The notes below the pieces were generated by a model. That model saw only the letters and a program-made list of their open reading frames with translations, did not search any database and had not been told where the DNA came from. A stretch of 64,000 nt of DNA, from IMG/VR virus record IMGVR_UViG_3300042465_006787. One strand, 5' to 3'. The position numbers were made by a program, and so were the translations under genes. The stretch's first letter is position 1. Every line of letters starts with the position of its first letter. This document shows positions 7,978 through 18,401 of this stretch, in pieces. The DNA comes from an uncultured virus (IMG/VR IMGVR_UViG_3300042465_006787) (taxonomy: Duplodnaviria; Heunggongvirae; Uroviricota; Caudoviricetes).

Positions 7978-9653
7978 ATTGTTTTTTTATAAATTACGTT
8001 ATTACCTAATACTAAGATATCCATTTCCGTGTCTAAAAATGTATCCATAGCATCTTGTGGCGTTAATACCATTGTTTTATCTTTAACGTTAAACGATGTG
8101 TTCAATAATACTGATACACCACTAATCTTTTCAAATTCAATTAATAAGTCATATACGTTATTTTCACTTGTAACTGTTTGAATTCTAGCTGTATCGTCAA
8201 CGTGAGTTGTTGCTATTAACTTACCAACGTATTCCTTTTTAACCTTAACAACTTGATTCATATATGGCACATCCTTGTCATATAGAAAATATTTTGTTTG
8301 ATTTTCTTTTGTCACCATAGGTGCAAATGGTCTAAAAAGTTCTCGCTTCTTTATAACACGATTAATCTTCTTTTGCATACCAATTATCATTGGATTTGCT
8401 AGTATCGACCTGTTACCCAATGCTCTAGAACCAAATTCAATTTTACCTTGGAACCATCCAACAACTTTGCCATTATATAATTCGGTAGAAATTAATTTTA
8501 ATAGTTTTTCTCTACTTATTTCACTGTATCTCACTATTTCTTCATCGATAACCGACAAGTATTCCTCATTAGTGTATTCTGGGCCTAAGAACGGTGTTGT
8601 GTCAATCTTTTTTGTTAGTTTATTATTAGTGTCCAGATAATTTAAACACGCACCAATAGCCGATCCTGCATCAGATGGTGCTGGAGGTATCCATAAATTT
8701 TTAAACCAACCGTTATTTGTTAACTTTCCATTTGCTGATCCGTTGTAAGCACAGCCACCGCTAAGACATAAATTTCTAGTGTTAGTTAATATTGATATCT
8801 CTTCTAGTATTTTACTTAAAATAACCTCGTAGGTTTCTTGAACCGCGGCCGCTAAATCGTGATGTTGTACTGTTAGTTTTTCATCTGGTAATCTATTTTC
8901 AATCCCTAATTTTTTTGATAGATTATGGTTGAACATAACCTTGTCACTTCTATCCCAAACAAAACAATCCATATTGCAAGTTAAAAACCCTTGTTTGTAT
9001 GAAATTAATGAATCTATTTTTTGTCTATATTTTTTAGGGTTTCCATAAGATGCCAAACCCATTACTTTATATTCACCTTCATTGGGTTTAAACCCTAAGA
9101 AAGATGTCATAGCAGAATAAAATAACCCTAATGAGTTTGGGTATTCTGTGTGTGGTATTTGATATAACTTATTATTATAGATTGTGGCAATTTGTATTGT
9201 TTCACTTTCACCAACACCATCAACCGATAAAACAACAGCGTCATTAAATGGTGATGTATAAAATGAATAGTATGTATGTGAGTCGTGATGTTTAGAGTAG
9301 AAAACTTTATCAGATATTTTTGCTAAATTCTTCTTAACATCTTTTTTGTTCTTTAAAACATTATATACACTCTTAATAGAATATATTGGTGTCTTAAGGA
9401 AAACTTTTTTTGAATTATTAATAACTCTTTGTACTTTTAAATCTAAATCTTCATAATAACATACCGCCTCAATATCTTTTTTAGTTAAATTATACTTTTT
9501 AAAGATGTATTCAATGGTTTTATTTGGGAATGAACTATCATGTTTTATACCTGTGAATTTTTCTTCTTCACATGCAAACAACAATTCGCCATCCTTCAAC
9601 AAACAAGCTGAAGAATCGTGATAGTATGCCGATATCCCAATTATATAACTCAT
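7974..9653 (-). CDS. Carbamoyltransferase (NodU/CmcH/TobZ family)
   Basis: GISAYYHDSSA, DGVGE, EYKVMGLASYG, LSGGCAYN, EFGSRALGNRSIL, KKRELFRPFAP, LLNTSFN. Confidence 0.95.
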   Translation of the reverse strand: MSYIIGISAYYHDSSACLLKDGELLFACEEEKFTGIKHDSSFPNKTIEYIFKKYNLTKKDIEAVCYYEDLDLKVQRVINNSKKVFLKTPIYSIKSVYNVLKNKKDVKKNLAKISDKVFYSKHHDSHTYYSFYTSPFNDAVVLSVDGVGESETIQIATIYNNKLYQIPHTEYPNSLGLFYSAMTSFLGFKPNEGEYKVMGLASYGNPKKYRQKIDSLISYKQGFLTCNMDCFVWDRSDKVMFNHNLSKKLGIENRLPDEKLTVQHHDLAAAVQETYEVILSKILEEISILTNTRNLCLSGGCAYNGSANGKLTNNGWFKNLWIPPAPSDAGSAIGACLNYLDTNNKLTKKIDTTPFLGPEYTNEEYLSVIDEEIVRYSEISREKLLKLISTELYNGKVVGWFQGKIEFGSRALGNRSILANPMIIGMQKKINRVIKKRELFRPFAPMVTKENQTKYFLYDKDVPYMNQVVKVKKEYVGKLIATTHVDDTARIQTVTSENNVYDLLIEFEKISGVSVLLNTSFNVKDKTMVLTPQDAMDTFLDTEMDILVLGNNVIYKKTI

Positions 9654-11035
9654 TACTTATTTAAAAATTCAATTACGTTATTTCTATTATCGTCTTGGAG
9701 CTTTGGTGACCCAATATTAAATAGCATCCTATAGTTGTGGTATAAAACACTTTTTAATTTCATCGTAATATCAATCATCTCATCTTTAGTTAGTTTACCT
9801 AGACGAATGACTTCGTTACTAATTGCTTTCATTCTCTCATTATCATCCGTAATCGAATCATATGTTTCATCAATATATGGATGAAAAGATTTAAAACCTA
9901 ATTCATTCAAATGTTTAATAACACCGGCCGGTCCCGCAAATATAAATGGTTGAAAGTGTGCCATTGGTTTAAACGGTTTTTCTGAAACGTATCCAGATGG
10001 TGTGTCATCTTGATAATAAATAGTTTCACCAACAATATGAAAAAAACTTTGTAAGTATATTTCTTTTGTTTCAAAACCATAACCATGAACATTTGCGATA
10101 TCTGGATAATCTAAAATCGATGATTCGTTCTTCATGATTTCCATTAACTCGGTATCGTCATATTTTTCAATAAATGCTCTTGCTTCGCTGTGGCTAACCA
10201 TATTCTTATCCCACGATACCAATGAATCTTCCAATAAACCGTTATCCCTGAGTGTTTTAATTAACTCCAATCTATGCATCTTCCAGTTACGATTTAACAT
10301 CAAAAATTTCTTATCCTTTTTGGTTAAATTTAATTCGAAATCTTCAATACGTGTAACTTTGGAAACAAATGAAGTATTATTTTTCCAAAAGAAATAACGA
10401 CCTTCATGTAATAATGTATTATATATTTCATTTGACTTTTGCATCAACGCTAAATTAAAATGAAACACATTTAAATTTTGAATCCCACTAATTTTTTCAA
10501 GATTACCTTTAAAATTAATATCATTCATAAGAAAGTAAATCTTACGAAATGGGATGTTTGTTGCTTTTAAAAGTTCAAACAATTTAGTTATTGTGTTTCT
10601 ATTAACATCGATACCCCCATCAATAGTGTAATTGATCAATAAACGACCGTTCCCTGAGATTATTTCGTGTTTTGCAATATCTGACATATGTATAGTGAAT
10701 TCATCATCCACTTTACCATTTAACAGACCCAAAAATCCTCTGAAATTACCAAATGGTTCTATTGTATAATACCATACTTCGTTTATACCTTGTTGTCTAT
10801 TTTTGTGGATTTCATAAACACTTTTTTTAATTATTTTGTGGTCAAAGTGCCCAGCTAAATAAACTGGATTAGTGTCTAAACTATTAAAATATAATATCTC
10901 CCTAAAATTCCATTTAACTTGGTCATAGATGAATTTAAACCTAGCAGGATCAAGTCCATTAGGTAATTCACCTCTGGGTGTTATAATATCGTATCCAAAA
11001 GTTGGTCTATGCATTGTATAGGTCGGGGTATTCAC
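9653..11035 (-). CDS. Putative glycosyltransferase (GT10/GT-B-like C-terminus); start may be ATG 11014
   Basis: KFLMLNR..K.HR, ET...YVSEKPFKP...QPFIFAG...L..LGFKSF..YIDETYD. Confidence 0.5.
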   Translation of the reverse strand: MNTPTYTMHRPTFGYDIITPRGELPNGLDPARFKFIYDQVKWNFREILYFNSLDTNPVYLAGHFDHKIIKKSVYEIHKNRQQGINEVWYYTIEPFGNFRGFLGLLNGKVDDEFTIHMSDIAKHEIISGNGRLLINYTIDGGIDVNRNTITKLFELLKATNIPFRKIYFLMNDINFKGNLEKISGIQNLNVFHFNLALMQKSNEIYNTLLHEGRYFFWKNNTSFVSKVTRIEDFELNLTKKDKKFLMLNRNWKMHRLELIKTLRDNGLLEDSLVSWDKNMVSHSEARAFIEKYDDTELMEIMKNESSILDYPDIANVHGYGFETKEIYLQSFFHIVGETIYYQDDTPSGYVSEKPFKPMAHFQPFIFAGPAGVIKHLNELGFKSFHPYIDETYDSITDDNERMKAISNEVIRLGKLTKDEMIDITMKLKSVLYHNYRMLFNIGSPKLQDDNRNNVIEFLNK

Positions 11036-11528
11036 AAATGATTATTGGTTTTTTATTATCGTACGCCCTTTTATACGTATCAAAAACTTGATTTGCTTCA
11101 GTTAAATTTACAACCTCTACTTGTTGCATTAATAATTTAAATGCTTCGGTATAATCTGCTTTATGTTGATGTCCTGGGTCCAATGGGTTTGTGCTACCAA
11201 CACCAACTCTAATGATTACGTGTGGTGCGTGTCCTGTCATCAATTCAAACTTATCTATGTGGTTTACTAATTGATTAGTTGCCAATATTAAAAAGTCCCA
11301 TCTTGGGTAAATTGACACTACACATTTATCGGTTAAACTCATACCTAACGCAACCCCTGTTTGTGTTTCTTCTAGTACTGGAAATTCGATTAATTTTTCT
11401 TTAGATACATTTGTTAATGTACTGTATAATGATGTACCAGGGAAAGCCACAGATTGCCCCATGAAGACACTGTTTTCTTGTTCTCCAATATATGTCATGG
11501 CTCTAGTTAATTCGTCTTTGTAGGTCAT
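11007..11528 (-). CDS. TPP-dependent E1 beta-like subunit (pyrimidine-binding domain only)
   Basis: FMGQSV, EFPVLEETQTGVALGMSL, DFLILATNQLVN, DPGHQH; lacks the C-terminal transketolase domain. Confidence 0.8.
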   Translation of the reverse strand: MTYKDELTRAMTYIGEQENSVFMGQSVAFPGTSLYSTLTNVSKEKLIEFPVLEETQTGVALGMSLTDKCVVSIYPRWDFLILATNQLVNHIDKFELMTGHAPHVIIRVGVGSTNPLDPGHQHKADYTEAFKLLMQQVEVVNLTEANQVFDTYKRAYDNKKPIIICEYPDLYNA

Positions 11529-12709
11529 ATAAGATATTTTTTTAGATATGTTAATTCTTCTGGTAAAACCGTGTTATTGGTCTCATCACCTAATTTAATG
11601 AAATTTTTTAAATAATTCAAGGCATAAAAATGAGGGTCATTGAAGGTTTTCAAGTAAATTATATAATTGTTCAACTCGGTGCGCAGTGAATCATTTTGTA
11701 TCGTATCTATTTTACCCTCAAAATATGTGATAACCTCATCTTTTAAATCAAAATGTGCTGGATTCAACCAAAATGGATACTCAGCAACACCAAATTGTAA
11801 TTGCCCATCATTTGATATGAATTTTATATCATATAACATATCTCTGAAGTCAAAAAAATGAAAACAATTAAGTATTGATGATGTATATTGAAAACCATAT
11901 GAAAAATTGGCGCCGTTGTTTATTGCATTACCCAATTTATACACATTCTCTTTAAATGTTTCCCATTTAAAATTGGTTCTAACATATTCACCAATAGGTC
12001 CGTATCCATCGCAGGATATTCCAATATGTACTTTTTTGAAATCTTTAAATAAATCAAAAACAGATTTATTTTTATGTTTTATTATACTGAAATTCGTGTT
12101 AAAGTATAATTCAACCTTTTCTTTATTTTTAATCTTGTCAATAAACTTATACATATCATCCATATATAAAGGTTCACCACCAGCAAAATAGATTTTCTCT
12201 AGATTATTGATGTTTTCTTGCGGAATATCAAATGATGTAACTTGTGTTTTATAATCTATAACATCGTTACCCATAATTTCCCTAAATTTTGTTCTCTCAT
12301 CAATCCAAGTTGTTGAAAAATCTGGGGTACAAGTTCTGCACTTGAAATTACATATATTTGAAGGTCTTAAATCTAACGAAACAAAGTCGGGTTGGTAATA
12401 TCCATCTTCTTGTGTTCTTTCAATAATATCTTCTTTTTTATCTTCATAAAATTTTGACCATTTAATTCTTTGGCTTTCTCCACCATTTTTTTCTGTTTTC
12501 CAACAAACATCACAGAACTTGTGTTCAACGCCATTTAGTAAATCATTTCGTAGTTTCTGGTATTCTTCAGAATTAAAAGCGGTAACAATATCTTGATTTT
12601 TTAATGTGGTATTTTCAAAAAATGATTGCGAGTAGCAACAAGGTTTAATTTGTTTGTCTGGATATGCGTTAAAATGAATAAATGGTAGTGGGCAAAATGT
12701 TTCTGTCAT
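11525..12709 (-). CDS. Radical SAM protein with N-terminal SPASM/twitch-like domain
   Basis: CPLPF..CC..CDVCW; CNFKCRTC; YFAGGEPL; NTNFS; start moved to ATG 12709 (TAATG coupling). Confidence 0.85.
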   Translation of the reverse strand: MTETFCPLPFIHFNAYPDKQIKPCCYSQSFFENTTLKNQDIVTAFNSEEYQKLRNDLLNGVEHKFCDVCWKTEKNGGESQRIKWSKFYEDKKEDIIERTQEDGYYQPDFVSLDLRPSNICNFKCRTCTPDFSTTWIDERTKFREIMGNDVIDYKTQVTSFDIPQENINNLEKIYFAGGEPLYMDDMYKFIDKIKNKEKVELYFNTNFSIIKHKNKSVFDLFKDFKKVHIGISCDGYGPIGEYVRTNFKWETFKENVYKLGNAINNGANFSYGFQYTSSILNCFHFFDFRDMLYDIKFISNDGQLQFGVAEYPFWLNPAHFDLKDEVITYFEGKIDTIQNDSLRTELNNYIIYLKTFNDPHFYALNYLKNFIKLGDETNNTVLPEELTYLKKYLI

Positions 12710-13485
12710 TATATCATTTTTTTTATCTTGTGTTTTTTCCATTCGTCTGTTATCATTAAAGATTCTGACACCTCATAAAAAGACACATATGTGTATCTTG
12801 TACCATCTATAACTTTTAACACCTCATGTTCTAAATTATTTTTTGTGAAATCTAAAACACAAACGCTTGGGGCTTTTGGTGTTAATGAAATTTTATCATT
12901 GTTTTTAGAGTAAATAACTAAATCTCCACCATTGGTATCTTCCCATTCTTTATTTAGGTATACTAAAATAACAAATAACCTTTTATTGTTAAAACCATCT
13001 TTATGTTTAGCAATATGACAATCTTCATCATATGTTGCAATCCTTTTAGTGGTGCTGTGTATTTCTTTTTTTCTAAAATTATCTAAATTAAAAATATGTG
13101 AATAATATTTGTCAGCAATTGCATGTGACATTTTATCACATAAATAAGAAAACCTATCTATTTCATAAAAACTTTCAGCATATGTTTGCACCGAATCAAA
13201 GTATTTTTGAATTAGTTTTTTTTTCATTTTAACTGAAAATTTTTTTTCTGGACTATCACCAACATCAATTTTATCTACAAATTTAACACTAGAATTTTCG
13301 CCAGTTAAACCAAAATAACTTGTGTCTTCTTTTGTAAAACAATATTCAAATTCATAGAATTTTGTGTATTTTTTTTCGGATGTACTGATGGAATCACATA
13401 ACGTGTCTAATTCTTTAAAATGTTCTTCAGATAGTAAATCTTTAGCATCTTCGATTATGTAACCATTTTCAATTAATGTATTCAT
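12709..13485 (-). CDS. 2OG-Fe(II) oxygenase
   Basis: HIAKHKDG, ILVYLNKEW..GGDL, EHEVLKV...RY. Confidence 0.8.
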   Translation of the reverse strand: MNTLIENGYIIEDAKDLLSEEHFKELDTLCDSISTSEKKYTKFYEFEYCFTKEDTSYFGLTGENSSVKFVDKIDVGDSPEKKFSVKMKKKLIQKYFDSVQTYAESFYEIDRFSYLCDKMSHAIADKYYSHIFNLDNFRKKEIHSTTKRIATYDEDCHIAKHKDGFNNKRLFVILVYLNKEWEDTNGGDLVIYSKNNDKISLTPKAPSVCVLDFTKNNLEHEVLKVIDGTRYTYVSFYEVSESLMITDEWKKHKIKKMI

Positions 13486-13487
13486 TT

Positions 13488-14525
13488 TTACAAATTTAAT
13501 GTTGGTAGTAATTCCTCAATTACAAATTTTCTAGCCATTATTGATGATGTATGTCCGTACCATCTTCCGGATTTTAAATAATCTCTTTCATTAATTTTCT
13601 GTTGAATACATTCTTCATAGATTGTAACATCTAATTGGTGTTCGTTAAAATTAACGTATTTTTCTAGATTAACCTTATCATAATTTTTTATTGTCCATTC
13701 TAATAATCCACCATACTTGTGTGTAGGCGTTTTAAATAACCAAAAATCATCATATAGCCCTATGTTATTTATATACGGTCTAAATAACTCATTCTGTTCT
13801 AACCAACATTGATCCTTGCTTGTATCTGCAATTAGTTTCTCATCCAAAACAGCGCGTTCAAACTCGTGCTCTTTAAGTCCAGCGTAAAATCCAAAACCAG
13901 TTCTTTGCATAGATTCAGATAAAATATCACACATTGAAATGTAGTTATTTTTTATCTTATGTTTATCAAAAAATAATTTAAGATTTGACCAGTTTTCCAA
14001 CCAAGCAAGCGTTTGATTAACCATACCTCTATCACTGCCATAATAATAGATGTACTCCTTTAATAATTCTCTAATTTTAAACTTCTCACTAGCATCTTGT
14101 AAATTAAATCCACCACTCAAATAAAAAACACCATTGTCATATATGTCATCATTTTTTAAATAATGACTAGTATGTCCATAGTATTCTTTACCTCTCGGCA
14201 ATTTATCCTTTGGTACATAAAAATTGGTTCTTTGTGGTGTGCTCCATTGAATAATCACATGAATATCTTCTGGGTTAACACCCTTACTCATTAACTCGTT
14301 AACCCAATAAAATATTGTTCTAGAGATTGTAACATTATCATTTGTTTGTGACGCTAGGTTGATTACAGAATACTCCTCACCCAATGATTCTTGTAACCAA
14401 TCAGTCCATTTAAAAAGGTTAGGATTGCCTTGTTTGTGGATTTGTTTAAAATCACTAGTAACTGACATTCCGTTAAAGAAACCTATCCTAGTAAATGAGC
14501 ATCCAGATGTTAGTACGTATTTCAT
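13488..14525 (-). CDS. SGNH-like hypothetical protein
   Basis: SGCSFT, NLAS...N, IQWS..R, C-terminal GH. Confidence 0.5.
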   Translation of the reverse strand: MKYVLTSGCSFTRIGFFNGMSVTSDFKQIHKQGNPNLFKWTDWLQESLGEEYSVINLASQTNDNVTISRTIFYWVNELMSKGVNPEDIHVIIQWSTPQRTNFYVPKDKLPRGKEYYGHTSHYLKNDDIYDNGVFYLSGGFNLQDASEKFKIRELLKEYIYYYGSDRGMVNQTLAWLENWSNLKLFFDKHKIKNNYISMCDILSESMQRTGFGFYAGLKEHEFERAVLDEKLIADTSKDQCWLEQNELFRPYINNIGLYDDFWLFKTPTHKYGGLLEWTIKNYDKVNLEKYVNFNEHQLDVTIYEECIQQKINERDYLKSGRWYGHTSSIMARKFVIEELLPTLNL

Positions 14526-16429
14526 TAATTAAATTCTTCTCTATTTGTTAAATACCAATCGTACGCCTTTTTAAGTCCAACAGATAGTTCTGTTTTAGGT
14601 TCCCAACCAAGTACTTTATTAATTTTATTTGAATCAATATATCTAACAGGAATCATTGATGGTTTTCCTTGAACATATTCAATTGGTGCATCATATTCTG
14701 CAATGTTTTTCATTGTTGTTAACACATCATTTACGGTATACCCCTTATTTGAACCAACATTGAACACATCGTGTGTTTCTTGTTTCTCTAAGATTAATAA
14801 TAACGCGTCAACAAAGTCATCAATGAATAATAAATCTCTAACTTCTAACCCATCACCCCATACTGGTATTGGATTCAGTTTATCTGCAACCTTTCTGATT
14901 GTTGCTGGTGTTACATGACATTTATTGAAATCATATTTGTCATGTGGTCCAAAAAGATTTGCTGGTCTAACAATAACTGTAACCATCTTTTCTGGTAGGT
15001 ATTTGGAATATAATTCACATTGAATTTCCGCATATCTTTTCATCCAACCGACTGGGAAATAAACTGGGTAAATGTCACTGAATACAAAATCGGTTTCAAC
15101 CACTGGTTCATCACCTTTTGGTGGGTATATTGTATTTGACGATAAGAAGATATATTTTTTAACTTTATTTCTCCAGGCGGCGTCAATAAGAAAATTATTC
15201 ATCGCCACATTCGGTGTAACGTGCGCCAACGGATCAACAACAGTATCTACCGCATTAGATGTGGATGCCGCGCAATGAAACACCGCATCAACATTTTTAG
15301 TGGCTTCTAAAGCACCTTCTCTTGTTTCTAAATCAATCATTAGATATTCAACATTAGGATGTTGTATTCTTGGCATTTTTCTGTGTATTGTTACGCGAAT
15401 ATCTCTGTAGCCCTCACTAACTAATTTATTGGTTAAGTTTTGGCCCACTAATCCAGATCCACCGGTGATTAGTATCTTAGAATTTTTAGTTATCATTTGT
15501 TGTGTTTTTTTATAATGTGAATAGGTTTCACTTATCGCATTTTCAAAACCTAATTTTGGTAATAAATTATTTTCCTTTTGTTTGGTGATATCCATTTGTC
15601 TTCTCATATCACCATTAGGTTTACTTGAATCCCATTTAACAGCCAACGATTTACCGCTTACCTTGATAACGGTATCAATCATTTGTTTGATAGTAATTTC
15701 TTCACCGGCACCGAAGTTAACTGTGATGCGCTTGTCGTTTAAGTATAAATCTATAATAGCATCTGCAACATCACCAGCATATACAAAATCTCTGATTGGT
15801 GTACCATCGCCCCATGCTTCAATTTCATTATTAGCTTCAAATACCTTTTTAATTGTGGATGCAATTACTGTTCCGTTACCTTCAAAATCATCATACTCAC
15901 CAAAAATATTTGCTGGGCGAATAATAGCCCAATTATTATAATTGTATTGAACCTTATATGCTTCTAATAAAAGTTCACCCATTCTTTTGCTCCAAGATGG
16001 GAACCAATCCGCATCAGATGGTAAAGTGCTCCATACGGTATCCTCAACAAATTTTTCAGCAGGTGCATATACCCCAACAGAACTTACAAACACTAACCAA
16101 ATTTGTTTTTTAGCACATTGGTTAATAATCTCTGTGTTAATTTTAAATGATGGATATAAAAAAGATACTGGCTGATTTTTCGCCTTTAACGGTGAACCTT
16201 TAACACCAAAAGTGTTAAACACTGCATCTAAGTTATTTTCATTAAAAATTTGCTCAATGACATCTCCTTTCGTTAAATCCGCTTGGATAAACTTAAAGTT
16301 ATTTACATTTTGTAAATTGGTTACTGGGGTAATGTCTACACCAATAACGTCATAGCCCATGTTTGTGCATTTCTTAACTAAATGTGTACCTACCAAACCG
16401 TTACACCCTGTTACTAATATTTTTTTCAT
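14525..16429 (-). CDS. Tandem (two-domain) NAD-dependent epimerase/reductase, GDP-fucose-synthase-like
   Basis: Two Rossmann motifs (TGCNGLVG, TGGSGLVG), two RPAN(I/L)FG and two WGDG..RD motifs. Confidence 0.9.
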   Translation of the reverse strand: MKKILVTGCNGLVGTHLVKKCTNMGYDVIGVDITPVTNLQNVNNFKFIQADLTKGDVIEQIFNENNLDAVFNTFGVKGSPLKAKNQPVSFLYPSFKINTEIINQCAKKQIWLVFVSSVGVYAPAEKFVEDTVWSTLPSDADWFPSWSKRMGELLLEAYKVQYNYNNWAIIRPANIFGEYDDFEGNGTVIASTIKKVFEANNEIEAWGDGTPIRDFVYAGDVADAIIDLYLNDKRITVNFGAGEEITIKQMIDTVIKVSGKSLAVKWDSSKPNGDMRRQMDITKQKENNLLPKLGFENAISETYSHYKKTQQMITKNSKILITGGSGLVGQNLTNKLVSEGYRDIRVTIHRKMPRIQHPNVEYLMIDLETREGALEATKNVDAVFHCAASTSNAVDTVVDPLAHVTPNVAMNNFLIDAAWRNKVKKYIFLSSNTIYPPKGDEPVVETDFVFSDIYPVYFPVGWMKRYAEIQCELYSKYLPEKMVTVIVRPANLFGPHDKYDFNKCHVTPATIRKVADKLNPIPVWGDGLEVRDLLFIDDFVDALLLILEKQETHDVFNVGSNKGYTVNDVLTTMKNIAEYDAPIEYVQGKPSMIPVRYIDSNKINKVLGWEPKTELSVGLKKAYDWYLTNREEFN

Positions 16430-17813
16430 AATTTAAAGTTTCTATAAACCTATTTTCGAAGTTATTATTGAACGACATTTGATAAAGTAAGGTTCTATTA
16501 TGGACTAATATGTCCTTGATAGAGTTATACCATTCATGTATTTCTAACCTATCCAATTTACTTAATTTTTTGATTAAATTACATAGTAACATCAATCTTT
16601 TTTCGTCATTTTCTTCATCATCATATGTCTCATCGATAAACGGACTAAATGTTTTGAATCCAAGTTTTTTAAGGTATTTTAAGAAGTGTGCAGCGCCAAA
16701 TACAATAAACGGTTGTAGAACTATCATTGGATTACAGATTTTCTCTGAAAAATAGATATGTTTATCAAATTTGGTTTCTGTAACCACGTAAATGTAACTG
16801 TTCAGATATAAATCTTTACGATACGCTCTCACAACACTAAAACACATTCTTTGTTCATCATTAAGTGATTGTGTATCAAGCTCTAATGGTGTTTTTTTTA
16901 TAAAATCAGGTAATGCGTCTAGTAATCGATTTCTAAACTCCATATTTCTAAACCCGTGTGTGGTGTTATGGATTCTATCATGTGATTTAAGATCCTCTAA
17001 AAAACTAATATAGAATTTATCCCATAGATTTTCACTTTCAACAAACAATCCAAGATTTAATCGATGTCCTTTATGGCTATTTCTATTTAAACAAATAAAA
17101 TGTTTATCTCTAACGTCTGTTTTAATTTCAGATTCCGTTATTAAGGTCGTTTCATAGTTTAATTCGTTATGTTTTCCGCCATCCATCAGATTCCTAAGTG
17201 ATTGTCCAGAAGTTGACATAACAACATTATCCGTATAAACTTTAAACTTGTATTTTGATAAACTTTGTTGACACAAATGATTGATATTCATACATCCAGT
17301 GAAAAACATAATATTTTCTTCTAGTATTCCATTTCTAGAACAGAACTCACCAATTAGGTCAAATAACAAATCATCACCTATAGGTTCGTGTGAATAGTTA
17401 ATAACAATTTTTAACTGCCCATCCTGAGCCATTTTAAGCGCCTTAGGGCTCATATTTTTAATAAGGAGTGTGCTATATCGATTATCCTGACTAATATCCA
17501 TGAAAAGGCGGAAATCACATCCCACACCCTCTAGTAAATAGAAATAGGTGATATCCTCGTCATATTTTTCGGTTATGATGTGGATTCCACCAACGTCTTC
17601 TCTATTTCTATACTTAAACTGATTGTTAAGTTCGCTATGTGTTGATGAATATTGGTACTGTGGGTTGTGCTTACCATTTTCAATAAAATCCTCTCTTAAA
17701 AATTTTGCCCATCCGTTAGGGAAGGGCATATTTGTAATTGGATTCCAATAGTCATAAGCTATTTTAAAAGTTAATCCACTTTCCAGTTCCATAATGAGGG
17801 TATTTTGATTCAT
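16401..17813 (-). CDS. Putative glycosyltransferase (GT10/GT-B-like), paralogue of 9653-11035
   Basis: FICLNR..K.HR, VTET...FSEKICNP...QPFIVFG...LKKLGFKTFSPFIDETYD. Confidence 0.5.
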   Translation of the reverse strand: MNQNTLIMELESGLTFKIAYDYWNPITNMPFPNGWAKFLREDFIENGKHNPQYQYSSTHSELNNQFKYRNREDVGGIHIITEKYDEDITYFYLLEGVGCDFRLFMDISQDNRYSTLLIKNMSPKALKMAQDGQLKIVINYSHEPIGDDLLFDLIGEFCSRNGILEENIMFFTGCMNINHLCQQSLSKYKFKVYTDNVVMSTSGQSLRNLMDGGKHNELNYETTLITESEIKTDVRDKHFICLNRNSHKGHRLNLGLFVESENLWDKFYISFLEDLKSHDRIHNTTHGFRNMEFRNRLLDALPDFIKKTPLELDTQSLNDEQRMCFSVVRAYRKDLYLNSYIYVVTETKFDKHIYFSEKICNPMIVLQPFIVFGAAHFLKYLKKLGFKTFSPFIDETYDDEENDEKRLMLLCNLIKKLSKLDRLEIHEWYNSIKDILVHNRTLLYQMSFNNNFENRFIETLNYEKNISNRV

Positions 17814-18393
17814 ATTTGTAATATATCACATCATCTGGTAATTCGCGTTTTTCTTTCCACGTTGATAATGTAGGTGTGTTGGTTGATTTATCATTATCCT
17901 CAACAATAAAGTGCAATGGTAAATCAAAACGTCTAGCGTATTTGTGGACTTCATAAAATAATCCACTTTCAAATGTCATATCACCAATACAACACCAAAC
18001 CTTTTCATCTCCACCACTCATTTTAATTCCTTTTGCAACACCTAAAGCGATTGGTAGTATACCGCCAACGATTGCTGATGCGTAAAATCTTTCTGGTATG
18101 TTACAAATAGTAATTGACTTACCGGCCAAGATTTCTTCTTCTAACCAAACAGGACAAATACCTTTGAGTAATGCATGGTAGTGTGATCGCCAAGTTGAAA
18201 ATACCCAGTCGGTTTTTTTTACTCTTTTAAAAATTTCAATTAACGGTTCTTCGTTACCGTCAGATAAATGCACTGGTCCTCTAATCTTACCACCTTCCCA
18301 GTGTTCACTAATTAAGGTTTCAAAATTAACCAAATCTTCTTTGGTATATTGTGGGTCTTTAACAATTTTGTATTGTTCTAAATTCTTAATCAT
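17764..18393 (-). CDS. TPP-dependent dehydrogenase E1 alpha-like subunit (short)
   Basis: GPVHLSDGNE, STWRSHYHAL, SAIVGG, GD...EDN TPP-binding motif variant. Confidence 0.85.
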   Translation of the reverse strand: MIKNLEQYKIVKDPQYTKEDLVNFETLISEHWEGGKIRGPVHLSDGNEEPLIEIFKRVKKTDWVFSTWRSHYHALLKGICPVWLEEEILAGKSITICNIPERFYASAIVGGILPIALGVAKGIKMSGGDEKVWCCIGDMTFESGLFYEVHKYARRFDLPLHFIVEDNDKSTNTPTLSTWKEKRELPDDVIYYKYESKYPHYGTGKWINF

Positions 18394-18401
18394 AAAATAT
18401 A

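Noticed and set aside
11007..18393. Pyruvate dehydrogenase as an auxiliary central-metabolism gene set
   Set aside because: Subunits are truncated and separated, there is no E2/E3 in the window, and they sit among sugar genes.
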